Both the position numbers and the translations under genes were made by a program. Of a DNA stretch of 64,000 nucleotides, positions 13,059 through 26,103 are shown piece after piece. Source of the DNA: Trichosphaerium sp. ATCC 40318. Its lineage: Eukaryota; Protista; Tubulinea. The stretch spans positions 124,001-188,000 of the forward strand of contig JALMLS010000093.1 of NCBI GenBank assembly GCA_038496445.1, given 5' to 3'. The notes beneath the pieces were generated by a model, which ran no database searches, had not been told where the DNA came from, and saw nothing but the letters and a program-made list of their open reading frames with translations. The first letter of the stretch is position 1. Each line of letters begins with the position of its first letter.

Positions 13059-14155
13059 ATGTCTGAGAAAGTTGTTCCACCAGAAGTAGATTTGCAAGCG
13101 CAATTCAAAAAGGAAGCAGAGGATCCTGCCATGCAGGCGTACCTCAAATCCTTGGGTATCGACCCTGAAACCTTCTACGCACGTACGTTTAATCTATCAG
13201 AAAGCGGGCTACATTTGAGTCACCGTTTTGCACTGTAACCACCGAAAGAAATAACGCTGATTAATTTCCTCGCTCTTTTTTATGTTTTGAAGCCATTAGG
13301 CTAAAAAAAACAACCGATCGTTGAAATCTTTCACAAAGTTAAAAAAAACACCCTTCTCTTATTTTTACCCTGCCCTGCTTGCAATTTTAGTGGTTTGTGC
13401 CTCAAGGCATTGTCTCTCCATCTCAGCCCGCGATCTTATGTACTACGTACTTACTACGTTGTAGCTGCCGATGATAATCGCCGCGTCGTAATCACCGAGC
13501 TGTCTGTTGTTTTCAAGGACCATGACAAACCTCAAGTATTGTCGTTTGCTACCGAAGAAGAGGTTCGTAGAGTACTTTATAATCAATCTTATTCGTTTAG
13601 ATCAAAAAAGCTAAAAAAACACCACTTGTCTTGAAGGAGGGTTGTCACTACAAAATTCAAGTGAGTCGCAGCTGAAACCTTTTTTGTAAACTCGAAATTT
13701 ACAAGTGCAATTGTAGGTCACTTTCCGCGTGCAACACAACGTCGTACTTGGCCTCAAAATCAAGAACGAAATCTTTAAATTGGGCAAAAAACGTGCGTTA
13801 ACACTTCCTCAGTAGTTTTGTCCGCTAACGAAAATTAGTCGCCAAGGACACCGAAATGTTGGGTACTTACCCTCCAAAGAAGGACCCTCAAACTGTTTTG
13901 GTATGTTTATTTGCCCTCTTTTAATTTATTACTGAACAAACCTTATAACATTTCGTTTTAGGTTCCTCGAGTAGAGTGGAACGAAGCTCCTTCTGGCAGT
14001 TTGGCACGTGGCGAATACAAGGTAGATCGCGTCTGAAGCCAACAAAGCCAATATTTACCCTTTTTTAGGCCAAGATGGATTTCACTGATGATGATGGCAG
14101 AAATCACTTGAACTTCGCCTACAGTATCAAAATTTCCAAAGCCTTTGCTAGTTAA
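13059..14155 (+). CDS. Rho GDP-dissociation inhibitor (RhoGDI)
   Basis: EDPAMQAYLKSLG, RRVVITEL, LKEGCHYKIQVTFRVQHNVVLGL, EMLGTYPP, EAPSGSLARGEYKAKMDFTDDDGRNHL; stop TAA at 14153-14155. Confidence 0.93.
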
Positions 14156-14423
14156 GTGTACCTTATTACAAAAATTGTGTGGCCCAATAAATGTTTGGTT
14201 TTATGTAATGTTACCAGCTTTACAAACACTATTTTTTGAAAATGCCAGAGAGCACACTACTACAATCGCACTTGTATCTAGTTCGTGCCCGCCTTGTCTT
14301 TCAAAAAAACAATAAGTCAATGTTAAATCAACCGTTGGAAAAATATGCGCAAAAAACATAAAGGAGAATTCGTACTACAACTACAAATCAACGTGTCTTG
14401 CACTGAATACTCTAAAACCAGCA

Positions 14424-16856
14424 ATGGTTGCAGCGCACATAGCGGCAGCATGCGGATTGCTATTCATGTTTGCCCTATTTTCAATAGCACCTATTGGCGT
14501 TGCGATTGCTTTCACCTTAGGCATAATATGTGCAATGCCCGTGACGCTTGTGCTACTATGGTTCTCAAGTGAGCAAGTTCTCTTATTAGTAAAAGGTCAA
14601 TTAGCACAAGAACGTAAAACAAACGCCAAAAAACAAGAAGAAGCGCGAGAGTTTGAAGCGCAGGCAGTGGCACACAAAAACCGTTTAATTTGTTTATTTA
14701 TTGTATTTGTAGGCTAGCTCTGGGTTCGAGATCTCTATGAAGGTGATTACAGAAGAAAAGCGATTGGCCGTGCGTCAAATGCTTCCGTGGGGGACCGGTT
14801 CCTTAAGGAGCAATATGTTTTTGTACTCGGTACGCTCGGTAACTGCCGCTTTGCACTTTAATTGGAATAATGGGTCAATTCCGGCTAATCTCGGGTAGGG
14901 CGCTGATAATGCTAGTAAAGGAGCTATATGCTTGGACGATTGCGAAATTAAACTGGTAAAAGTTTCGAATGGTACTTGGAGCCTAAAAAATTATTTGCGC
15001 ATAACGAACAATGACAAGTACGCCTTCAACACCCGACATGTGGTTAATGGCGTCTAGGATACTTGTGCATCCTGCTGGAAAAGTGGCCTACCTAGTCTTT
15101 AAGACCAGCTACGACATGGCGAAATGGTTTTGGGCACTGAGAAGAGCATCAAAGTTGTCATCCAATTGGGTCAGCAAGTCTTAAATATTTGGCACGTTGG
15201 CTAAATACCTTTTGTTAGACAATGGTTGCAGGAAAACAATCCAGCCCAGAACAATACTTCAGATCGCTTAGTAACACACTAAAGCCGCACACTGACCAAA
15301 TAAACGCTGACTGGCAAGTACTCTTTTTTTGCTTTTAACCCTATTTTAATCCGTATGCTGAAATGTACCTACGCTCGGCTAACATGTTGTCAAAGGGCCA
15401 ACGCTATATTAGCTCGTTTTTTCTTCCATATTCATTCTCAAGCTGGGTTTATTCACGTGGTAAAGGAGAAGCTAAATGGAAAATTGAGGCACATACAGAA
15501 GCGCCTACCTTCCGTCTTGGTACGTTCGGAGATTATTTAAAGACACGCCAAACTGATGTGGTTACCCCTTTAGAAAACCATTCAAGTTACCGACATCGAT
15601 TTCGGACCAAACCTACCTATAGCGTCAAAGGTTCGGCTGATGACGTGTAATCCGGATGGAGAAATGGTACGCTTTTAATGACTCGGTTACCACCAATTGT
15701 AACACACTTGTTAGGTCGTGAATGGGCACGTTGAATACAAAGGCGGGTTTACTATTACAATTAGCGTGGTTTTCGATATTAAAGTACTTGCTGGATGATG
15801 TAGTGTAACACGTGATATTAATGCGATTACTAGATTCCCGCATTTAAAAATACGACTTTGCCTGCTGTTTTGAAAGTGACGGTTTTACGTGGTTCAGGAG
15901 AAGCCCGCATAAACTTTTTAGGGCCACCATCTACGCGCATGTGGATTGGATTCTACAAAGAGCCAGAAATAGATCTAGAAATTCAGACTGACATTGGTAA
16001 CAAGTTCAAAAACATCCCAAACCTGGCAAACATTATTGTGTACAAAATAAAACAAGTACGTATCCACAATCACGAGCCCATTTACCATCAATTGTTAACA
16101 TTATCGATTCAGGAAATAATACAACTCATGGTGTATCCGGATATGGATGATTTTCCTTTGCCAGACATCAAATTACCACCTGGTATCGAAAGGGTTGATA
16201 GTTTCAAGGACTTGTGGATAGCAGAAGGTACTTTTCTTTTCACACACTCACGTCATGGACTCCAAATTAGATTTAAATCATTTTCATTTTTTTCTTTTTG
16301 TTTCAAAGCGCACGTTTTATGCGTCCCTCAGATAGTAGTACATTGTTAAAGCATTAATTCTGACATTATTTAGCTGATGCATTATCGCAGCCAGTTAGTG
16401 TAGATAAGAAGTACCAAAAGAAGGCAATGAAAGAGATTTTGAAGCAAGAAAAGCAACAACAAAGAGACGAAAGAAAACATCGCGAGCAATTGGACAGGGC
16501 AAAAAAGGCTGCCATCAAAAAGTCACGTAGTGTAGGTCTTAAGAGGCGTTCTATAAACGATCCTCTCAAGCCACAAGCTTCTGAAGGTACGTAACGTTAT
16601 TGCAGAGAGAACTTTTTTTTTGTCGTGTTCTAACAGTTTCAAAGTTGAAATGCACACAATGTCGCGCACGTACAGCACAGGCTCGCCACAGCCTGGAAGG
16701 CGCTCTGCAAAGTTTGACAGCCTGGAAGATAGACTCTCCAGGCTTGTTGCCGACAAGCAATCAGAAAATGGACCACCACCTCCTGTTCCGACCCGTCTCC
16801 ACAGAGCGAGTTCTCTGTTACAACAGCTCGATGAAGAGACAGACCGGCCGTTGTAA
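14424..16856 (+). CDS. Membrane-anchored PH + SMP lipid-transfer protein (TEX2/Nvj2-like)
   Basis: N-terminal hydrophobic segments; PH-like exons (GAICLDDCEIKL...MAKWFWALRRAS); SMP hallmarks WANAILARFF and GPPSTRMWIGFYKEPEIDL...MVYPDMDDFPLP. Confidence 0.8.
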
Positions 16857-17103
16857 TTTTTGGCTACACCAGTTTCAACAACTCTAAAATATTGTACAAA
16901 ATTGCCATTATTCCTCGCCCCTTGTAGTTCTTCGTTTTGCTAATATTTGAAAAGTTTGTTTCAAGTTCGGCGTTATTGGCGCACTTTTTTTTTTTTTTTC
17001 TAGTGTCAATCCTCGTTCTTTCTAAAAAGGTTAAATCACTTTTTTTGACACAAAAATCAGAACAAACAACAACACCAGTCGCTTTAGCGTAACTAATGCG
17101 ATC

Positions 17104-19648
17104 ATGAGTGTGACATCTATAAACAGCCATAATGGCGCGATGGGTAGCCCTGTTGGTTCAAATTTGAGCGTAAATGACTACAAGGAAGGGCGAATTGAGG
17201 TACGGTGCGTTTATGACCAATTTTGTTAATTTGTAGGCTATGGAACCACCTATAGAAGAAACACAGAGTTTGATAAAGAAGGGACAGGAAAAGGCTTTTG
17301 GAAAACCAACAATTACATTTTGGTGAGAGAAATTCTAAAATGCCATTTTTCTCATGGTTTTAGGGGCTCTGTCGCGTTGGGTGCTAATAATGTCATGGGT
17401 CCTGCCATGGTTGCGCTTCCATTTGTATTCCAGCAAGGTACGCTACTGTTTCCTTTTATAGCGCGTTGTAGAACGTTTCTCAGTGGCAACGAGTCTCCCT
17501 TCGCACATCACATGGGAAGAAAATTCCAAGTGTCACATGCACATCTTAATTTTTTTGTTGTTTAGCTGGTTGGGCTACCACAACTGCTGTACTCATCATT
17601 ATGTTCATTTTCTCCTCGTTTTCTGCCACCATGTTGTGTGAAGCTATGCAGCGCATACCAGGTACAAACTACAATTTACTTTGGGTTGTTAGAACCTTGT
17701 AACCTCACATTTGTTCGTTTGTAGGAAATCGCAATTTTGATAAACGTTATGAGTTTGCGGCTGTTATCAAACACTACTACGGACGCTACGCTTACTATGG
17801 GGGACAAATACTCATCAACTTGTGCCTGCAGGCGAATAACATTGCTTCAATAATTGTTGCGGCTCAGGTTTGTGCCAAACCAAAAACATACGTGTCACAA
17901 CTTGAGAAACTAAGACTTGGTAATAATAGGTGATGGACGATTTTTTCATTTTTGCCTTCAAGGTACCCTTTTTAGCACAATGTGTCAGGGGCCTACTAAT
18001 CTCACACTGTGTAGAAAAGTTTCGCTTTTCAATTCGCTCCTAAGCCAAGTTTTATTGCTTCTTCTGGTACCGTCTAAAACAAATCTTTTTGTTTCTTGGT
18101 AGACAACTCAAGAAGTTAACCTTTTAACTTTCAGGAAGTTACAACAGCCCTACACCTTTTGGATCATCCCAGTATGTCATTTCTCTTGGATACATCGTAT
18201 CTATGGTGATTTGCATCCCATTTGGCGTACGCTAATATAGCAGACTCTACATTTTTTTTTAACATTCCTTGTCTCTTCCAGTACTTCAATTTGGATGAAA
18301 ACATGTGGTTCCAATGGTTCAGTTTTGTTGCTATGCTCGGCACTCTATTTGAGTTTTTAATTCAGTATCTGCTACTCCCTTGGAGCACTGCCTTTTGGTG
18401 CGTACTAGCCTTATTTTTAACACCGCACGTGCGCTAATTACATTTTAGCCCAATCATCGGCAATGGCTTTCAAAGCCAAGCGCAAGTGCTGGGAACAGTA
18501 GTATTTAGTTACGCCTACGTCATAACAGGTACTAAATCTTTTATACCTACCTATTTTTGGACTACCCCTAATGATCCAGATTTCAATTCTTGTTTTGAAA
18601 AAATCTCATGATGCTATTTGCGAACCATACCTACTCTTCTGAATCCCATTTTAGTGCCGTCGTGGGTTAACGAGAAAAAGCGTGACGTTACAGTAAACAA
18701 GCCAACATGGTTGTCAACATTGATTGGCACCGCGCTCAAGTTCGCCATTGGTTACTTTGGTGCTGTTGCATACCGGAATTCTGCAGGCCTACCTAGTATC
18801 TTGACGGGTACTTGCACTTTTGATGCCATTTTGGTGACTAACCTTCTCCTATTACAGTCATGACGCAAAACACGACTGGTGTGATGGGCCTAATCACTAA
18901 AATATCTGTATATCTATTCAATATGGGTACTATTATCCCAGGTATACCTGTGTGGTCTATTCTTGTACGTTACAATCTAATCACTGGTGGAATTTGTGGA
19001 CCAAGGGTGCGTATATGACTGAATCGATGTGGCTTTTCTTTGGTTGTCACTGAGACTTTGTAATTAGGTCGCTTTTTTCTTTGGTGTAGTGGCGCCTTGG
19101 CTAGTATCCATGTGGTTTTACCAGGGCAGAGGATTCAGTCTTGTCATTAATTGGAGTGCCATTCTACTTCAAGGCTTTGTAAATTTTGTGATTCCAGCCA
19201 TGTTGTATTATAAGGCCTGTGTCAGATATCCCAATTTTAGAGCAGGTAACGCTTGCCCTCTTGCTTTTAGTTTCTATAGTTGACCATCTAACACATAAAC
19301 CAGAGTGTGCAAAGCAAGACGCCCTGAGCGCAAAGAGGCGGACCATTGAACAAGAAGAACACCTCCACCAAACAAATGGTACAGATACATCCGATGAGGA
19401 GGAAGAACAAATTATCACACCCTATGTTAATGCGGTGCCATCATGGTACGTCAAATGTCATCAAGAAATATTATTGTTTTTTTTTTTTGTTTGGTTTTAA
19501 AATGACATTATATCGTAGGCTCCTCATTCCACCACGTGCACTCTCCATTGTCATCATTGTTGGCAATACAACGCTAGTCCTTGCAACGTTAACATTATTA
19601 TTCTATTATCTGATTGGAAAAGGGGTGGATATTGTTGGTGGTGGTTAG
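17104..19648 (+). CDS. Amino-acid/auxin permease (Aa_trans) family transporter
   Basis: GSVALGANNVMGPAMVALPFVFQQAGW, MLCEAMQRIPGN, multiple hydrophobic exons and VPSWVNEKK; ATG at 17104, TAG at 19646-19648. Confidence 0.85.
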
Positions 19649-19709
19649 GCATTGAAACTACAAAATCTTTTTTTTTTATTATTATTATTGTATTGAGGCA
19701 ATTAATTAA

Positions 19710-20854
19710 TTACTTATTTGAAACATCTGTCATGTACTTTCCAAAATTCGTCTTAACTGTACCAATAAAGCTTTGCAACCCCTACGCTCAGCTTAGTAAT
19801 CCAAAGACGTACCGATGAAGTAATTTAGGAACCTTTGATGCTGCCCAGTTGATGATCGTCTTTGGAATACTCATTTGTATGTCCACAGGCGTCAATTGGA
19901 CTTTTGACAGTGCTAGCCGCCCATCTACAAGTCAACGTTTAGAAAAAACCAGTACAGGAAGAATGAGTGTACCTTCCAAGGGCTGGTAAATCGCCACAGA
20001 ATTGTACGAATCGACACGCACCACGTTTTTAAGCGGTTTGACTTTCTGTTGATGCACAATGTTAGATGGCTTTCTTGGCTCAGTGTTTGAACGTACCTCG
20101 TTCTTGACACTCTTATCAATCGTCAATACCAACCCATCTTCTTCTACATTGACTGTACGTAGGAAGCAATAGTCTCTGTCACTCGCAAACGGGATAGGTG
20201 TCATCTAGATCACAAAAACACATTAGAACAACTTGTGTCGAAAAGTGTAATACGGGTACCTTGCTTTGCCACCTGAGTATGTTTGCTGTATCACAACCTG
20301 CGTGTTTGTCCTTAACATCTTCGATGTCGGCAATCTCAACAGTGTACTTGTCCCACACTTTGCGGTTGGCGTAATCCTGCCAGAACCTATCTCTTTATTC
20401 AATCACATGTTGCTTTCCGACAGTGCAAGTACGTGTGGAATTGCTTGGCATCGTTTTTGAGGTCTATGATAGCAAAGATCTTGTACCTGTACAGCCCTAC
20501 GTTCTAAAAAATAATACAAAGTCAGCCTAACCAAAATCCTCCTTGTGGCACACAATTATTACCTCGGAATACTGACGCCACAAAACGATCCTGTCTTTCG
20601 ACTTGTCGTTTTTCTTGATGGCTTTGAACATTTCCCATTCCTTCATAAATGACGGGTTGTGACATTCGTCCGCGATTGTTGCTCTGGTGTGGTTAGTGCC
20701 TTGTTTTACGCGCTCTGATGACCCTGTCAAGTTGTAAAATATGCGTACCGGAAATTAGCAATCAACACCTCGTTATCAACATCAAGTGGGTCTTTAGTGT
20801 TAGTTTCTAGCGTGAGTAAGTAATTTGAAGCTTTGTAGTAAAGTTACCAGCCAT
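19710..20854 (-). CDS. START-domain lipid-binding protein
   Basis: RQDYANRKVWD, TPIPFASDRDYCFLR, QMSIPKTIINWAASK in the reconstructed exons; ATG at 20854. Confidence 0.75.
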
Positions 20855-20992
20855 GGTGTAAAGTAGAAGTGCCTTGTGTGCTGCAGATGTCACCTGATAA
20901 TGCGCGAATTCAACAATGAAACAGTGAATCCGATTTCGCGTACAGAAAACGTTTGAATGTGACGCTACTTTTCTCGTGAAAAACGCATGTAA

Positions 20993-23397
20993 ATGCTAGC
21001 GCAAGTGCGTGCTGTTGCCAAGGTATCAACACAGCCGCTATGCTGGGAGCTGGTAGAGAAGGCTGTAAGTGAGGTAGGCGTATAGTTTGCCCGTTAGTGT
21101 CCTCATTGTTAGGTTGAACGCAGCGTGCGTGTGCGAGAACTTGATGATTGGTACAAAGTTGACCACAAACGCTTAGCCAATTTTTCGTCGTTCCAAGACA
21201 TCCTCACGCGGTGCGTGGTTCGCAAATGGTAGTGTCACATCATTTGTAGGAATTTCAACAGTTCTGTACCAGAGTTGCTCACAACTGTATATTCTGATCA
21301 CCCGTGGTTGCCGTGGCGTGTGGGTACCGTTTTATTGCTCTACAAAAATTACAAGTGTCAAGTTTGTGCATAGGTAGAATGAAGCAGTCGTATTGGTCCA
21401 ACGACGCAAACTGCGTTTTGTTTATGCGTCATGTACCGACTATTTTTGTACACGGCACCTTACACGCAATCTAGGCGGAAGACGCTTTTGGTATAACTCT
21501 CTTGTCGGATTGGTACTCTTGCTCCACGCCTAGTGTAATAGGGCTTGGTGGCGGCTCGTTTCTAGGGTATGCCCTCAGCCTATCCTGTCCTGCAAAGAGT
21601 ATAAACAGTGGTTGCTGACAGCGCCAATAGGCGGTTCAATCACTCACTCTTACATGCTCTCCGCTATTTTTATCCTGACTACGACTGGCAACCAACGCGG
21701 TTTGGTATGTCAAGCCTGTTTAGTGGTTCACCTCAAACTTTGTTGTAAGGATCTGCACCACACAAGTTTTGGAACTCTTTAGATAATCAAAGGGCTTTAA
21801 TGAGACATGTGCGGCACATGACTGTCATATGATTGTCCAGTTCTTACACGGCGATAATAGGTTGAGAAACAGCTTGGTATCAGTCAGATACAGGACTGGT
21901 ACAAAGTGCGTGTACAGCAAATCAAGCAACATGGTGGCACTGGCGTCTTAAAGTACGCTATAGCTGCTTGTTGCATACAAGTATTCTTATGCTTAAACAG
22001 GTTGTACAATGATTCCAAGTTGCATCTTTTACAAGCCATGTACCCCGAGTTTCGATGGCTCTCATGGAACTTTGGTACTAACTTGTTTGCACGTTTTAAA
22101 GCAGAGCAGCTGCTTACTTGATACTTCAGACACGACACCACGCAATTCAATACACAAGCATAATTTTGATGACTACGTTTGCCATGTGCGGTATATGCCA
22201 ACGTGACTACATTACTTACGTATGTGGTAGCTAGAAAGCACATTAGGTATAGTTGATGTAGAAGATTGGTACAATATAACAACGGTTAAGCTCCTAGCCA
22301 CCACTAAGGGTCTCCGAAAGTAAGGACACCAATGTTAGTGATGGCACTGTATTTAATTACTTGTAGCTTATTTCCATCCATTTTGTCATTCTTGCAGTGG
22401 GCCTATCCTTTCTATGAATGGATACCCTGGCGCTTTGGCACGTGGCTTAAACGTCGTTATGAACCACAATCTTACATTGTTGTTAGCTATGGCCTCTACT
22501 ACCTTCTTTAACCTCAAGGAAAACCAACGGTACTTTATACGCAAGGTGCATTTTTGGCAATCTTATAAGGAACAGTGGGCACTAACAGAGCTAAAGGTGG
22601 AACAAGCGTTGGATATAAAGGATGTGTATGATTGGAAGACTGTAACAATGACACAAGTCATACAACATGGTGGATTTGGAGTGATGAAGCGGCATGGCTT
22701 GTCGCTGAAAACCATGCTTAGCAGCTTGTATCCTGACGTCGATTGGCGAGAAAATACTTCAGGTTAGTCTCATGTTTATCAGTTGGTCTCATGTTGTACA
22801 GGATCGTTGTTGCCAAAGTACTGGAGGCCCAGTATTTCGCATACCGCGTTTTTTAAGCTAGTAGCTACAAAGCTGAGTATACAGTCTCTTGACGATTGGT
22901 ATAGAGTATCACACAGAGAGCTAATACAGCATTGTGGTGTTGAGATACTACAGAAGTGGCCCGGAATAATAATGGAGACATATCCTGATCACAAGTGGGA
23001 ACAGAGGAAGTTTGTGCAGAGGGACAAGCGAGCCACACAAAGGTGGTTATATACAGCAGTGCGTCATACGTTTCCCGATCACGACATACTGGAGGAGTAT
23101 GAGATATCATTTGGAGACGGCGACCGCTCCGTTACCTTGGATATCTTTGTGCCAACGCTGAACCTTGGCTTGGAATATCAAGGTGCACACCACTATCATG
23201 ACATTAACGCTTTTGGACCATCAGCGATACAATCTATCCGCGATATCGACAAGACTTCACTGTGCCAAACTCAAGGCATCACGTTGGTGCATGTGCCTTA
23301 CTGGTGGACACACAAGCATGTAGACGCGCTCTGCGCGATGCTGAACCAACACAAGTACGCCACTGTCAACAATCCAAACCCGCTCACAAAAAGATAG
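20993..23397 (+). CDS. DWY-repeat protein A: six ~75-aa tandem modules plus a C-terminal Vsr/DUF559/RAP-like PD-(D/E)XK nuclease domain
   Basis: Spliced translation gives recurring units such as FWNSLDNQRALMRH/VEKQLGISQIQDWYKVRVQQIKQHGGTGVLK/LYNDSKLHLLQAMYPEFRWLSWNF. The C-terminus reads ILEEY...LDIFVPTLNLGLEYQGAHHY...RDIDKTSLCQTQGITLVHVPYWW. Confidence 0.85.
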
Positions 23398-23639
23398 ACC
23401 AGATGCTCAGGTAGCAGGCGACACGTCCACTCTGTCGTTGGTGCCTTCCTTAGATGATATCAAAGGTACCAAGCATAGCAGTTTTACATTTATACATAGT
23501 CTTGAGGTTTTGACTAATTAGTGTTTAATTATAGACCGCAAGCTTATGTTCTGCGATGCAGGTGTAAAATATGTACAATAGTAGTTGGCATCAGAATTGT
23601 AAAAATACGGTAAAAATTAACAACAGCTGATATCCTTTG

Positions 23640-24337
23640 TTATTGCAGGGCTGCTTGGGTGACTGTGTTGGTAGTGAGATCACGTGCCAGTCTTCCCTTT
23701 TTGTCCTTAATAGTAACCAGGGTTTTGTCGTGTTGCAGCAGCACTTGGCAAAGCTCTGTGTTGGACCTCATGGCCGCCTTGTGTAGAGCAGTTTGTCCAT
23801 CCGAGTCTGACACAAAATGGGTTAGTGGAAGTGCATGTGACATGTGACGAGGTACCTTGTATTGTCACGTCCGCTCCATTGTCTATGAGTAGTTGTACTG
23901 TCTTCATTCGCGCCGCTGTGGCAGCTCTGTGTAACGGTGTGGCGTTTGAGGAAGTTTTCGCGTTAACGTTGGCTCCTGCATCTAGTAACCATTTACATAC
24001 ATCCTCATCTCCTCTGCGGGCTGCGTAGTGTAGCTGAGAAGCTGAATGAGATTTTTGTCGTTCCCGTTAACGGAAATGAAGCGTACAGCAGTGTAACCGA
24101 ATTTATCGGTTATTTTGACATCCTTTCCCCTGTCCAGAAGCCTTCTAACCTTGGCCTTGTCTCCTGTGCTAGCAGCACCTCTACCACACTCATTATTGTT
24201 GTACAGCGGCTATTAGTTGTGTAATGTATTGCTTACGCGACAGTACGGAGGAAGTCCATCTCTGAAAGCGATTGTGTAGCAGTTGTACCAATATCGCATT
24301 CACACGTGCGCCCATCGCCGTGGGCGTGTCCTGCCAT
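23640..24337 (-). CDS. ANKRD39: Ankyrin repeat protein 39-like
   Basis: N-terminal His/Cys segment and TQSLSEMDF motif, then ankyrin repeats (GYTALHYAARRG, ATPLHRAA, DSDGQTALHKAA). Confidence 0.8.
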
Positions 24338-24459
24338 TTGGTAGAAGGCAGCTGGTCGCTTTGGTTCAAACAAATGTCAAAATCATTTAGCGCTACATGG
24401 AATGTACGCGTGCCCGTCTACATACATCATTGTGGGGCGGGGCACACGGTCTGTAAGTT

Positions 24460-25981
24460 ATGAACGATCGTATGCTACCGTTTGCTCCCCACGACATGGG
24501 CAAGGCTTGTTTATGCCTAATGGGTGCGATTTACCGTTAAAATGATCAATAACAATTAAATGTAGTTTTGTTAAAACAGAGGCGGCGTACAGAGCACAAA
24601 TGGACGTTGCTGCATGTCAATTGGCTGTGAAAACACATAGCGACTGGTACAGTGTTGGCACATGCGACATTGAGCATTTGGGCGGAAAGGCGTTCCTCGC
24701 AATGTACTTTGGGCTTTCGGTTTCGGATTTAGCTTTTTGGTTGACACACTACATTCAGGTTTGGAGGCTCACTGGCAAAGGCTTTACAACACGCATACCC
24801 GTCGGTAGAGTGGGAATTGCGGCGATTCAAGTGCGTCAACTGGATGCAATCTTGTTCTTATTCATCACGCAGGAACTCTCCACAACGTTTTTGGCATTCA
24901 CTGGAGCACCAGCGCCAGGCGTTTGATAGCTTTGGTCAGGCCTTAAATGTGAAAGTGTTAGACGACTGGTATGACGTCACTGGCATGGCACTGCGACGAC
25001 ATGGTGCTGCCGGATTACTCACATCACAGTCACGCATTCATCCAATTGTTACTACGTTTTTTGCGTTGACAAGTTGAGTAGATACAACAGTTCCTTGTAC
25101 CGTGCCGTACAAGCACTCTACCCGCTAAAAAAATGGAAGCCGAGTGAGTTCGTGTACGTCCATCCGGCGTTGTCTGGCAACTTTGCAATCACTCCTTTTG
25201 TGTTAGAGATGTCGTGTGCTAACAGGATATTGCATTCAGGTGTTTGCCGAATGGTCATTGGGCTTCATTAGCTAACCAACGCCAATTGTTCAACAAGATT
25301 GCACAAAAATTATCACTCAAGACAGAAGCGGATTGGTTGGGTATAACAGATCGTGTGTTGTGCGCACACGGAGCAGCAGGGCTCTTAAAAGCCAAGTACG
25401 TCCCGTTCGTTCTTTATTTTAAGAGCGATTGAATGCTACATACACAGCACGTTTTTATTTTGGTAACTGCATAGGTACAATTACAGCATGTCATTGGCGC
25501 TCAATAGTATATACCCTCAAGGCGATTGGCGTGCATTTAGAACAAAGTAAAAAGAGTGAGTTTGGTTGTTGCATAATTCTCATATTTTTCTGTTAGGCGT
25601 GTCAAGAACTACTGGCGAGATTTGCCCAACTTGACAGGATTTGTTTCAAAAGTGGAATCTGCACTTTGTATGAAATCTCCGTTGGAATGGTGCGGTTACT
25701 GTTGATGCTTGTTTATAACAGGTGTCTTGCTTACAGGTATTGGGTGTCCAAGCCACAGTTGGCTGCTCTAGATGGTGGCGGCTTGCTCAATTACTTTCCA
25801 GGCTTTTTGACGGCTGTACATCCTCACATAGATTGGGATATGCGCCGAATGAGACAAGGCGACAAGCGTACAATGCAAAGGTAATTAATTGTTCTTCCTC
25901 GCTTTCTTTGTTGCCCGTATTCAAGATTTTGATTGTAGGAAGCTAACAACGAGAATCCACGCACTCATACCCGTTTCGTGA
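24460..25981 (+). CDS. DWY-repeat protein B: four ~75-aa modules, nuclease domain absent
   Basis: Units such as FWHSLEHQRQAFDSFGQALNVKVLDDWYDVTGMALRRHGAAGLL and HWASLANQRQLFNKIAQKLSLKTEADWLG. The protein ends GDKRTMQRKLTTRIHALIPVS-stop (TGA 25979-25981). The start codon is uncertain. Confidence 0.75.
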
Positions 25982-26103
25982 TAAGGTGATTGGTGTGCAG
26001 ACGCTTACTTGTAGTGTAAAAATAGGATTGAATTTGTTATTGTTTATTGTGTGCAAGTGCAACTGACAAAACAAATAAAGGCACGTGTATTTGTAAAGGG
26101 AAT

